A stretch of DNA of 64,000 nt, taken from Elusimicrobiota bacterium. GTDB lineage: Bacteria > Elusimicrobiota > Elusimicrobia > UBA1565. Below are positions 28,911-38,150 of the stretch, piece by piece. The stretch covers positions 14,651-78,650 of the forward strand of contig JBDRPD010000001.1 in the NCBI GenBank assembly GCA_043827405.1, written 5' to 3'. A program made the translations under genes and the position numbers. How positions within the stretch are numbered: position 1 is the stretch's first letter; the number at the start of each line of letters is the position of its first letter. The notes below the pieces were generated by a model, which made no database searches, was not told where the DNA came from, and saw only the letters and a program-made list of their open reading frames with translations.

Positions 28911-31229
28911 ATGACCCGCCGCCTGGTATTACTATCCGTTGCGGCCTTTTTGCTGAGCGCCGCGCTGCCGTTTCCCGCCCGGAGCTGGGTCCAGTGCGAT
29001 CAGCTTGAATATGATATCGGGCGGACCGCTCCGGACTGCGCGCGGAAGGAAAAGGCCAAAAACCAGGCCCAGACGGAATGGCAGAAATATCAGCGGCTGT
29101 GCGAGCGCAACTCGCAGCAAGATAGCGACAGCAACTACTGCGCGATCGCCAGCCGCAACAAAGCCGCCTACCTGCAGGCCAACGCTCTTTATGAGAAGTG
29201 CATTAAGGTCCTCAACGGCTACAAAAACACCCATGCCCAGAACGGCTGCGAGAGCAAAGAAGGCTGTTCGGGCGAGTGCTGCAACCCGTCGACCAGCGAG
29301 ATGCGCCGCCTGTGTCAGTTCAAGACGGGGCACAGCACCAGGGATCGTACAGTCGAGGAACAGGTGGCGCCCGGCCTGCAGGCGATTCCCACTTTCTCCT
29401 CCGGCGACGGAACGCTGTGTCACGACGGCCGCAAGCTGCGCAGCAGCAATAAGTGCGAGCGCCCCCCCGGGCAGGCGGAGGAGGCTTGGGAGCGGCCGCC
29501 GGACGAGGACCCCGGCAGCGGGGGGGGCGGCGACTACGCGGCGATCAAGAACGAGGAGAAGGGCTGGGAGCGGCTCAACGAGGACCGGGGGAAGTTCCGG
29601 GGCGGCCGCAGCGCCAGCAATGCCGGCGGCGGCAGCAGCGGCGTCGGCCGGGGCCGGCTGAAGGAGTTCGCCGCCGACGACTATATCAATAAAATGCGGC
29701 CGGACTTCGGCACCTTCGAGCAGGGAGAAGGCGGCAAGATGCTCGGCCCGAGCGCGGCGGACCGCGAGCGCTCGGATAAGTTCGTCGGCTATGCCCGGCA
29801 GCTGATTATGGGCGGCGACCCGAAGCAGGCGATAAAGTATCTGCTGCAGGCCATTCAGTCCAATCCCTTCAATGCCGAAGCGCATTACAAGCTGGCCCAG
29901 GCGTATAACATGACGAAGAATTATGCCGGCGCCGAGCGGGCCGCCCAGGAGGCGGTGCGCCTCGATCCGAACAACGCCAAGGCCTATGAGGAGCTGGCCT
30001 GGGCGCAGCTGCATCAAGGTAAATTCAAAGATGCCTTGAGCGCCGCCAAGCGGGCGGCCGAGCTTGCTCCCAACAGCGCTTGGGCGCATGCGCTCGCGGC
30101 GATGGCGTATGAGGGTATGGGCGATCACAGCCGGATGATCGCGGCGCTGGAGAGAGCCGCGGCGCTCGACACCGTCTTCCTCGGCCATTTGCAGCTCGCG
30201 CGGGCGCAGATGCGGATTTTCAATCCGAACCGCGACAATGAATTTCTCCGCGGGGCGATCCCGATGGCGCAGAGGAAGGGCAGCCTGTGGAAATTCCTGG
30301 CACTTGTAGCCCTGCTGACCGGTATGCTGGCTTTGGTCTGGTGGAAGTTCTCGCATATGCTCAAGCCTTTTAACGACGCATTGGCGCGTAAGCTGACGGG
30401 GAAAGCCTCGCCGGCGGTAACAAAGCAGGAAGAATTTATGGCGGAGGGCGGGCTCAAAGTCGGCAAGTTCGAGCTGACGCGCATTATTGGGAAAGGCTCG
30501 ATGGGCGTGGTATGGGAAGGCAAGGACCCGGCGCTTGACCGGGCCGTGGCGGTCAAGAAAATGGCGGCCGAGCTGGGGGAAAATGGCTCGCAGGCGCGGG
30601 CGCAGCTGGTGCAGTCGTTTAAGGCCGCGGCCGCGCTGCAGCATCCCGATATCGTGGAGATCTACGAGATCATCGACGACAAGACCGGGCTCTATGTCGT
30701 CTTTGAGCTGGTGCAGGGGCGGACGCTGCGCCGGATTATCGACGAGCACAAGACCATGCCGCTGCCGGCCGCGACCATGATCCTGCTCCCCGTCTGCCGG
30801 GCGCTGAGCTTCGTCCATGGGAAGGGCCTTTCCCACCGGGCCCTCAAGCCCTCGAATATAATGCTCAACGCGCAGGGACAGGCCAAGGTTACGGATTGCG
30901 GCATCGCGCATCCGGCGCAGAGCCCGTCGCTCTATACGGCGCCGGAGGCCGCTCAGGGCTTGGTGACGCCGCTGGCGGACGTGTATGCCCTGGGGTTGTG
31001 CTGCTATGAGATGCTCACCGGCGAGCGGCCTTATGGCGATGCTCCCGCTCATGCCAGCACCCATTTGGGCTATGTGCCGGCCAGCCAGCGGGTCGCCGGT
31101 CTGCCGCCGCAGCTCGACGTTCTCATCGATCGCGCGCTCAAGCCGCGAAAGGAAGAGCGGCTGCAAAGCGTCCAGGAATTCTACGCCCTGCTGGCGGCGG
31201 TACCGGGAGCCGTTACGCCGGCCGCCTGA
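28911..31229 (+). CDS. Receptor-like Ser/Thr pseudokinase: signal peptide, Cys-rich domain, TPR, TM helix, degenerate Hanks kinase
   Basis: Start moved to 28911. 12 Cys in the ectodomain, TPRs, TM 'FLALVALLTGMLALVWW'. Kinase motifs read GKGSMG, VAVK, HRALKPSN, DCG, YTAPE. Confidence 0.85.
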   Translation: MTRRLVLLSVAAFLLSAALPFPARSWVQCDQLEYDIGRTAPDCARKEKAKNQAQTEWQKYQRLCERNSQQDSDSNYCAIASRNKAAYLQANALYEKCIKVLNGYKNTHAQNGCESKEGCSGECCNPSTSEMRRLCQFKTGHSTRDRTVEEQVAPGLQAIPTFSSGDGTLCHDGRKLRSSNKCERPPGQAEEAWERPPDEDPGSGGGGDYAAIKNEEKGWERLNEDRGKFRGGRSASNAGGGSSGVGRGRLKEFAADDYINKMRPDFGTFEQGEGGKMLGPSAADRERSDKFVGYARQLIMGGDPKQAIKYLLQAIQSNPFNAEAHYKLAQAYNMTKNYAGAERAAQEAVRLDPNNAKAYEELAWAQLHQGKFKDALSAAKRAAELAPNSAWAHALAAMAYEGMGDHSRMIAALERAAALDTVFLGHLQLARAQMRIFNPNRDNEFLRGAIPMAQRKGSLWKFLALVALLTGMLALVWWKFSHMLKPFNDALARKLTGKASPAVTKQEEFMAEGGLKVGKFELTRIIGKGSMGVVWEGKDPALDRAVAVKKMAAELGENGSQARAQLVQSFKAAAALQHPDIVEIYEIIDDKTGLYVVFELVQGRTLRRIIDEHKTMPLPAATMILLPVCRALSFVHGKGLSHRALKPSNIMLNAQGQAKVTDCGIAHPAQSPSLYTAPEAAQGLVTPLADVYALGLCCYEMLTGERPYGDAPAHASTHLGYVPASQRVAGLPPQLDVLIDRALKPRKEERLQSVQEFYALLAAVPGAVTPAA

Positions 31230-31230
31230 G

Positions 31231-32724
31231 ATGCCTATCGCCGCGCTGCTGACGGCCCTGCTGACGGCGGCCGCAGCCGGCGTTTCCGGCGGCGCGTTCG
31301 ACGACTCCAACACCTATACCGAGCAGGCGCGTGCCGCGCTGCGGGCGGGAGACCTCCAGTCCGCGGTCGACCGCACGGGACAAGCGCTGGAGCTTTATCC
31401 CCGGAACGCCGAGGCCTACCGCGTTAGGGCTTCGGCCTTCAATGCGCAGGAGCGCTACAGCGAGGCGGAGATCGCCGCCCATGCGTCCCTGCGCCTGGAG
31501 CCGCGCAGCTCCTACGCCAATAATGAGCTGGCCTGGGCGCTGCTCCATCTGCGGCGCTACGCGGAGGCGGCGGAAAGCGCGTCGCGGTCGATCAGCGGCC
31601 GGCCCGACGGCGCGCAGGCTTATGCGCTGCGCGCCATGGCGCATGAAGGGCTCGGCCTCGGGAAGGAGTCGCTCGCCGATCTGCAGAAGGCCGCGGATCT
31701 GGATCCGCTCCGGCATGGGCAAAGCCTGCAAATCGTGCGCGAGGGCGGCTCGCTGCTCGGCGCCGGCAAGCGGCAGGTCTCGGAAGCGGCTTATGCCGTC
31801 GGGGCGGCGGCGCTGGTGCTGGTCGCGTTTGTCTTATGGGCGCTTTTTCGCAAATCCGCTTCCGCCGCGCGGCAGAAAGAAGAGGCCGCGGTGGAGGTGC
31901 GCGCGCCGCCGCCGCCGGGCCTCGAGGCCGGCGGCCTGATCGCCGGCCGGTACCAGCTCGTCCATATCATCGGCCGCGGCGGCATGGGGCAGGTATGGGA
32001 AGCGCGCGATACGTCGCTTGACCGTCCCGTGGCGGTCAAGGAGTTCTCGCGCGAGCTGGGTGAGCGCGGCTCGCAGCTGCGCGGGCTGTTCGTCCAGGAA
32101 GCGAAGACGGTGGCGGCCTTGAAGCACCGGCATATCGCCGACATCTACGAGATTCTGGACAGCCCGGAAGGGCTGTATATGATCTTCGAGTTCGTGCGCG
32201 GCCGGACCGTGCAGCATATCCTGGCGGAGAGAAAGACGCTCCCGGTTCCCGAGATCCTTACGGTGCTGCGGCCGGTATGCGAGGCGCTGGAATACGCGCA
32301 TCAGCACGGCGTCGTGCACCGCGATCTCAAGCCGTCCAATATAATGGTGGACGAACAGGGCTTTATCAAGCTGCTGGATTTCGGCATCGCCCGGCACCTG
32401 GGAGCGGCCGTCGAGCAGGAGAGCGCCGGAGCCGCGGTTCCCGGCGCGTCGCCGCTGCGTCTGGCGCATACGCGGACCGTCGTCGGCACGCCGGGCTATA
32501 TGCCGCCGGAGGCCGCTGCGGGAATCATCAGCCCCGCCGCCGATGTCTACGCGCTCGGCGTCTGCTTCTACGAAATGCTGACCGGGAATATCCCGCCCTC
32601 GCCGTTTCCGGGCGGGGTGTCTCCCGGGGTGGACGCGCTCATGGCGCGCTGCGTGCATCCGGACTACCGGTCCAGAATACACTCAGCCGGGGAGTTTCGG
32701 GCGATGCTGGAGCGGCTGGCTTAG
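31231..32724 (+). CDS. Receptor-like Ser/Thr protein kinase: signal peptide, TPR, TM helix, intact kinase
   Basis: Start ATG 31231. GRGGMG, VAVK, QEAK, HRDLKPSN, DFG, GTPGYMPPE and DVYALG. Confidence 0.92.
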   Translation: MPIAALLTALLTAAAAGVSGGAFDDSNTYTEQARAALRAGDLQSAVDRTGQALELYPRNAEAYRVRASAFNAQERYSEAEIAAHASLRLEPRSSYANNELAWALLHLRRYAEAAESASRSISGRPDGAQAYALRAMAHEGLGLGKESLADLQKAADLDPLRHGQSLQIVREGGSLLGAGKRQVSEAAYAVGAAALVLVAFVLWALFRKSASAARQKEEAAVEVRAPPPPGLEAGGLIAGRYQLVHIIGRGGMGQVWEARDTSLDRPVAVKEFSRELGERGSQLRGLFVQEAKTVAALKHRHIADIYEILDSPEGLYMIFEFVRGRTVQHILAERKTLPVPEILTVLRPVCEALEYAHQHGVVHRDLKPSNIMVDEQGFIKLLDFGIARHLGAAVEQESAGAAVPGASPLRLAHTRTVVGTPGYMPPEAAAGIISPAADVYALGVCFYEMLTGNIPPSPFPGGVSPGVDALMARCVHPDYRSRIHSAGEFRAMLERLA

Positions 32725-34151
32725 TTTTTACAGGCGTCGTTCATCTGGCGGCCTTGACCCGCGCAGTCGATGGGCACTGAGCTGTCGCCGCCGCGCAGAT
32801 CCGCGCAGGCGGCGCCGATGGCCGCGCCGTGCGTGTTGGCTTTGTCGCAGTAAGAAGTCACTACGGCGACTTTCTGCGCCAGCGTACTTTTGCTTCTTTG
32901 CCAACGGCGTCTCGAAGCGCCGCAGTTGAAGGCCAGGCAGTCCATCAAGGCGTTCCAGAAATCATGCTTCTTGTCGACGCAGTCGCGGATCTGCGCCTGC
33001 GCGACCTTGATCGCCTCGCCCATGCTGTCGAGGGCTTCCTGCTGCGGCGTCTTGTGCGCTTCCGTGGCATCGGTGCATTTCTTGATCTTGCGCTCCTGCT
33101 CTTCAGCCTGCTCTTTGAGCGCCTCGACGTCGCCGGTGCCCGGCAGGGTGCCGCCGCCGCCCATGCCCTGCAGGGAGTCTTTGCTGCCGGGTTCGCGGCC
33201 GCCGTCAAATACCAGGCCGGCCGTGTCCTTCATCAGCGTGCCGCCCGCCTCTTCGGTTTCGCTGGAGCCTTGTGCGGCATGGCTGAAGGCCTGGGCCACG
33301 GTAAGCTGGTACATCACCGTGGACTCGGCGCTCGGCGGTTGGGCGAGCGCTTTCTGGTCGCCGAGGAACTTGCGCGAATTGCGCATCTCGTTGGAGCTGC
33401 CGTGCCTGCCGCCGGTCTTTTGCCCCTTGCCCGCTCCCGGCGCCTGCATATTGCGCAAAGTTTTGTCGACCATGCCGTCGCCCAGATTAACGGGCTTGGC
33501 CTTTACTCCGTCCCGTTTCACCAGCAGGCCGGGGTCCATCATGATATTTGAGTGCTCGCCGGCTCCCGAGCCGCCGCCCGCGCCGGAGTGGTCGCCGGCG
33601 CCGCCGCCTGAATGGCGGATGGACTCGGCGAAGGCCGTATTGACCAGCCCTTCGACCAGCGAGCCTTCATCGACCGGCATCGCGTCGCCGGCCTTCTTCG
33701 CGTCTTCCGGCGTCATGACGCCCTTGATCGACTTGCCGCGTTCCTTGCCGACGCCGTCGTAGGTATACTGGCGCTCATCCTCCATCAGGTAGGCGCCCGA
33801 TACCATCTTGACGCGCGAATGCTTGGGGTTCGGCTTATAGTTGTTCATCGCGGCCAGGCGGCGGCGGATATAGCCGGGGACGCCCTGGTACATCTGGTTG
33901 AGCGCTTCCTGATACGCCTTGAGCTCCACGCCTTCCTGCTTGTTCCTATTGAGAAGCGCCGTGACGCCCAGCTTCTCGGCGACATAGGAGACGCCGGGAA
34001 TCTTGAGGACGACGGAAGGCTTCATGGCGAACAGAATGAGCGCGAGGGAGGCGACCACGACGACGGGACCGGAGCTTCGTCCTTGGCGGAAAGTGAAAAG
34101 CACCGCGGCCAGAAATCCCTTTTTCCTATTTTTTTCCAGGAATTTGCTCAT
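32721..34151 (-). CDS. Membrane-anchored Gly-rich hypothetical protein with a Cys-rich helical C-terminus
   Basis: N-terminal hydrophobic segments after 'EKNRKKG', Gly-rich middle, coiled coil, 8 Cys in the last ~120 aa. AAGGAG and a promoter lie upstream. Confidence 0.7.
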   Translation of the reverse strand: MSKFLEKNRKKGFLAAVLFTFRQGRSSGPVVVVASLALILFAMKPSVVLKIPGVSYVAEKLGVTALLNRNKQEGVELKAYQEALNQMYQGVPGYIRRRLAAMNNYKPNPKHSRVKMVSGAYLMEDERQYTYDGVGKERGKSIKGVMTPEDAKKAGDAMPVDEGSLVEGLVNTAFAESIRHSGGGAGDHSGAGGGSGAGEHSNIMMDPGLLVKRDGVKAKPVNLGDGMVDKTLRNMQAPGAGKGQKTGGRHGSSNEMRNSRKFLGDQKALAQPPSAESTVMYQLTVAQAFSHAAQGSSETEEAGGTLMKDTAGLVFDGGREPGSKDSLQGMGGGGTLPGTGDVEALKEQAEEQERKIKKCTDATEAHKTPQQEALDSMGEAIKVAQAQIRDCVDKKHDFWNALMDCLAFNCGASRRRWQRSKSTLAQKVAVVTSYCDKANTHGAAIGAACADLRGGDSSVPIDCAGQGRQMNDACKN

Positions 34152-34173
34152 GGCCGTCTAATACTCCTTTTTC

Positions 34174-34207
34174 AGTATAGACCCGGCCCCTGGACCCGTC
34201 AAGGGCC
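34174..34207 (-). promoter_or_regulatory. sigma70 promoter with GGCCC abutting the -35
   Basis: On the - strand: GGCCC-TTGACG-17 nt-TATACT. Confidence 0.7.
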
Positions 34208-34216
34208 TTCCTCAAA

Positions 34217-34296
34217 GGCCTAATATTTTTTAGGCCGATTAACCAGGTTATTAAGGCTTTTTGACCCATGCAGAAAAGCGGCAGGGCGGCTAGAAT
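34217..34296 (+). promoter_or_regulatory. Conserved promoter architecture, copy 1
   Basis: GGCCTA-N8-TAGGCC-N24-TTGACCCATGC-N19-TAGAAT, 8 nt before the ATG. Confidence 0.75.
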
Positions 34297-34304
34297 CAAG
34301 GTAC

Positions 34305-37300
34305 ATGAACTTGCGCTGGCCGCCAGCTCCGCCCGGACTGCTTCGGAAGTGCCTCGCTTCCGCCGTCGCCGCCTCCCTGCTGGTAACCCAGCAGGGATTT
34401 TTCTTTTATGAGGCGATGGCCGCGCAGTTCGTCGCGCCGAAGGTCGGCGCGGCCGGCATGGGAACCGGCAATGCCGCGGCCGGCGCCGGCGCCGCCGCCA
34501 AGGTGCCCGGCATCCGGCTTGATAATTTCGGCCTGAATCTCTCGGGAGTCAATGCCGCCTCGGTGCTGCCGGCGAATACCGCGATCAACTCTGTCGCGCC
34601 CCAGCTCTCATCCGTCTTGTCGAGCCCGCATGCTCAAACCGTCACCGCGGAAGCGCCCGGTTTGCCGGCCGGCGTGAAGCAGGTCGCGGTCACGCCGAGC
34701 AAGGATATTGAACCGGCGAAAACCGCGGTCTCGCTGCGCGCGGGACTCTCCCAGCTCGGAAGCGCCCTGGTCAAGCCGGCGCGCGGCAAGCGCTCCGGGA
34801 TTCTTGGACGATTCTTCGACCAGGGGAAAAAGCATGACGGCTCCCCCGCTCCGCTCGGGGTCGGCGGTGCCGCGCGCCGGATGACGGGCCTCAGGCCCGG
34901 CGCGGACTTTAGCGTCGATCATTACCAGCGGCTAAAAGAACTCAAGCAGGTCCTGGGCGAAGGAACGCCCGAGGGTGCGGGCTGGATCCGCGCCTTCCGC
35001 TTCCGCGACCCGCAAAACGGCTGGCGCACCGCGCGCTCCGCCGGGCTGGAGGGCTTTTTCTTCACCAAGATCGAGCATGAGCAGACCTGGGGCGGGCTGA
35101 TCTCGTCCGGGCAGCTCGGAGACTACTTCAACTATCTCGACGCTTTGCTGACGCCGGTCGCCTGGACGGCGGACATTCGCCGCGAGCTGGCGGCGCTGCG
35201 CGACGACGCGTCCGTGCCGCTGGTGGAGAAGAACGATCGCCTCAACAAGCTCCTTATCCGTACCTTAGATAGGCTGCGGGCGGAGCTCAAGGAGCTCGAT
35301 AAGGCGCAGTGGGGGCGCAGCGCTCATACCTACGCCATTTTCTCGCGCGCCTACAACCGTTTGCGGCCCGGGAAGAATTTCTTCGATTCCCTCGACGATG
35401 AGGAACTGGCGCGCATCCGCGAGGAGGTCCAGGTCGACCAGCTGTGGCTGCTCGACATCTTCGAGATCGGCGACGTCAAGCGCTGGGGCACCGGCGGCGG
35501 CTCGCCCTACGCCATCAAGGGGTACCGGAAGATAAAGGAAGAGCTGGGCGGCGCGGAGGCTTTCGGCCGCTTCGTGCAGCGCGCGCATGCGCTGGGCTTC
35601 AAGGTCCGCACCGACTTTATCCCGAACCATACCTCGCTTGACAGCGAGCTGGCGCAGCGGCACCCCGAGGCCTTTATTCATCTCCTGCCGCCCCAGCATC
35701 TGTCCGATGACGAGATCTGGGCGCAGACGCCGCGCGAGGCGCAGGGGAACCGTCATCCCAACTTTTACCTGATCAAGACGCGAAGCTACCCGGGACGGGA
35801 GGGAATCGAGACCAAGGTTCTGATCCACCATCCGGTGTCCGACTTCGGGCTGTGGATCGACATGGGACAGATCGACTACAGCCAGAAGACCGCGCGCGCC
35901 TGGTTCATCGAGCAGGCCATGCACCTTTTCGGCGACAAGGGGGTCGACTCCATCCGGCGCGACATGGCCTACTACGTCATTAACGAGAACTACTACGACC
36001 GCTGGCTGAATATCCTGGAGGGAGAAAAGAACGGCGCCGGGGGCTGGGTGCGCGAAGCGCTGGAGCGCACGATCCGCGAGTTCCGCGAGCGCCGCGCGGC
36101 GCTCAACGGCGCCGAGGTGCTCGAGGAATTGACCGATACGGTGAAGCGCCGCTACCCGTCGGCGGTCATGGACGATGAGGTCTATGCCTTCTTCACCGGC
36201 ATGAGCCGCCTGGGGGCCGACGGCATCTACGGCAAGAACACGCAGGACGCGGAGATGGGGCAGTTCGGCCTCTTCGACGCCCTGAAGAGCTTCAACGCGG
36301 GCGCCATCCGCCGGGCCCTGCGCAACAACTTCTTCCGCTTCTGGCAGAAAGGCGGCGCCAGCACGGTGAACTTTGTCGGCAACCACGACGAGGCGAATCC
36401 CGTTGATGTTTTCGGGGTGCGCTTGCGGGCGGCGGCCGCCATGGCGCTCTTGGGCGGGCCGATTTTGACCTATAACGGCTTCGAGCTCGGCACCGGCCAG
36501 CGCGAGATGGTGGGCGACCTGCCGAACTCGGTCGACCGCAACAAGGCCATCCCGTTCGATGTGCCGGTGATGATTCGCTGGGAGACCGTCAACCGGGAGA
36601 ACCGGCTCTTTATCCGGGATCTGCTGCGGGCGCGCCGGCGCAATATCGGCTTGTTTGAGAACGGCGCGGCGTCCGTGCTCGAGCCCTATCAAGACACCCC
36701 GATCGTGGCCTGGTCGGCGAGCCGCCGCGAGGCCGGCCGGCAGGAGACCCTGCTCGTCGCCGGGAACTTTAATCATGATTGGGCCTGGGGGCACTTCAAG
36801 TTCAGCGCGCCGATCCTCGGCGAGTTCGGCGCCTTCCGGCCGCGCGCCGACCGGAACTACATCCTGCGCGACGCCGTGCACCGGGGCGAAGACGGCCGGC
36901 CGCTGACCTTCGAACGCACCGGCAAAGAGCTGCAGGAACAGGGGCTCTTCGTGCACCTGGCTCCCGGCGACGCGCATATCTTCGAGGTCGAAGAGCTCGA
37001 TCCGAGCGCTCCGGCGACCGGGCCGCCTGCCCGCTCGGTCATCAGCCGCCTGCGCGACGCCGCCGTCAGCGGCATCGAAGAGCCGCTGGCCTTCAAGTTT
37101 ACCGGCATCCGCGAGGAGCTCTGGGGACCGCACCATGAAGCGAGGAAGCCGCAGACCTGGGATGCCCTGACCAAATGGCTCACCGACTCGGCCATCCTCG
37201 CCTTCCTGCCGCTGCAGGTGCCGCAGATCATCAAGAACTTCCTGCTGATCTCCGCCGGAACGCTGGCGCCGATCTCGATTCTTCCGTGGATGGGCTATAC

Positions 37301-38096
37301 GACGGGAATTCTCGGCAATATGCTGCTGCTCTCCTATTTCGTCTCCAAGAAAGAGGCGGGGGCCGCCCGGGTGCAGGCGGTCGGCGTAATCACCAGCGGC
37401 ATCGTGCTGGCGCAGATATTCTACGCCGGCTTCATGCCGGCATTCGCTTTTTGGGGCATCGCGGCGATGATGGCGGGCGGGCTGACGCTGAACCTGCTGA
37501 AGTACCTGGGCGTCTTCAACGGCAATATCTGGAAGGCGTGGACCATGATCAGCGGACTGACCGGGCTGGGAGTGCTGCCCACCGTGTTATGGTCGACCTT
37601 CATGCCGCAGATGTCGGTTTGGCCGGCGGTGGTGACCCTGGCGGGAGGACTCATCTTCCTCCTGCTGCAGCGGCTCGGCAAGCTTCCCAAGGGACTGGAG
37701 AACACCTGGTCCAAGCTCTCGGCCTGGACGGCGACCATGCTCTTTATGTTCGGCCCCATCGCCCAGCTGGTCAGCAACTTCGCCAATCCCGCCAATATCG
37801 CGGGGCTCTCGCTGCTCACCCTCATGCTGGCGACCGCGGGCAATGCCTTGATGCTGCCCCGCGCGATCCTGACCAAGGACCGCATCTGGCTCACCGGGAG
37901 CTTGTGGGCGGTGGCGATGGGCGGCTGGGCGGTGATGCTCAGCATGCTGCTTTACGGCGCCGTCTCGCCGCTGTTCTTCGCGGGTTTTTCCGTCATTCTG
38001 CCGGTCTACCTGGCCTTCATTATCCGCCAAGCCATGAAGCATCACGGGGCGACTTTCCGCGAGCTCCTGCGCTCGCTGGTTAAAGGCGGCGCCTAA
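34305..38096 (+). CDS. Leader-tagged GH13 alpha-amylase-family enzyme fused to a MEX1-like maltose transporter domain
   Basis: GH13 motifs GSPYAI, DFIPNH, DSIRRDMA (nucleophile), DEVY and NHDE. The C-terminal ~310 aa are multi-pass, with 'WD.LT...FL.LQVPQII.N', 'PWMGYTTGILGNMLLLSYF', 'WTATMLFM', 'GNALMLPRA' and 'D.IWLTGSLWA', matching recalled plant MEX1 motifs. Confidence 0.85.
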   Translation: MNLRWPPAPPGLLRKCLASAVAASLLVTQQGFFFYEAMAAQFVAPKVGAAGMGTGNAAAGAGAAAKVPGIRLDNFGLNLSGVNAASVLPANTAINSVAPQLSSVLSSPHAQTVTAEAPGLPAGVKQVAVTPSKDIEPAKTAVSLRAGLSQLGSALVKPARGKRSGILGRFFDQGKKHDGSPAPLGVGGAARRMTGLRPGADFSVDHYQRLKELKQVLGEGTPEGAGWIRAFRFRDPQNGWRTARSAGLEGFFFTKIEHEQTWGGLISSGQLGDYFNYLDALLTPVAWTADIRRELAALRDDASVPLVEKNDRLNKLLIRTLDRLRAELKELDKAQWGRSAHTYAIFSRAYNRLRPGKNFFDSLDDEELARIREEVQVDQLWLLDIFEIGDVKRWGTGGGSPYAIKGYRKIKEELGGAEAFGRFVQRAHALGFKVRTDFIPNHTSLDSELAQRHPEAFIHLLPPQHLSDDEIWAQTPREAQGNRHPNFYLIKTRSYPGREGIETKVLIHHPVSDFGLWIDMGQIDYSQKTARAWFIEQAMHLFGDKGVDSIRRDMAYYVINENYYDRWLNILEGEKNGAGGWVREALERTIREFRERRAALNGAEVLEELTDTVKRRYPSAVMDDEVYAFFTGMSRLGADGIYGKNTQDAEMGQFGLFDALKSFNAGAIRRALRNNFFRFWQKGGASTVNFVGNHDEANPVDVFGVRLRAAAAMALLGGPILTYNGFELGTGQREMVGDLPNSVDRNKAIPFDVPVMIRWETVNRENRLFIRDLLRARRRNIGLFENGAASVLEPYQDTPIVAWSASRREAGRQETLLVAGNFNHDWAWGHFKFSAPILGEFGAFRPRADRNYILRDAVHRGEDGRPLTFERTGKELQEQGLFVHLAPGDAHIFEVEELDPSAPATGPPARSVISRLRDAAVSGIEEPLAFKFTGIREELWGPHHEARKPQTWDALTKWLTDSAILAFLPLQVPQIIKNFLLISAGTLAPISILPWMGYTTGILGNMLLLSYFVSKKEAGAARVQAVGVITSGIVLAQIFYAGFMPAFAFWGIAAMMAGGLTLNLLKYLGVFNGNIWKAWTMISGLTGLGVLPTVLWSTFMPQMSVWPAVVTLAGGLIFLLLQRLGKLPKGLENTWSKLSAWTATMLFMFGPIAQLVSNFANPANIAGLSLLTLMLATAGNALMLPRAILTKDRIWLTGSLWAVAMGGWAVMLSMLLYGAVSPLFFAGFSVILPVYLAFIIRQAMKHHGATFRELLRSLVKGGA

Positions 38097-38150
38097 AGCG
38101 AACACCGTCCGGCCGGCGTCGTCCTTTGTATATAATCACTGAGCGCAACC

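Noticed and set aside
28911..31229. Pseudogene call for the degenerate kinase
   Set aside because: The frame is intact, with a promoter and complete domain architecture. The changes concentrate on catalytic motifs.
28932..31313. 793-aa minus-strand ORF, and similar ones at 35265-37136, 42599-44524, 52602-54509 and 57261-58931
   Set aside because: Antisense mirrors of well-supported genes.
34261..34266. TTGACC as the -35 box of the leader-gene promoters
   Set aside because: It is 24 nt from the -10 in all three copies, too far for sigma70. It is better read as part of a site abutting the -35.
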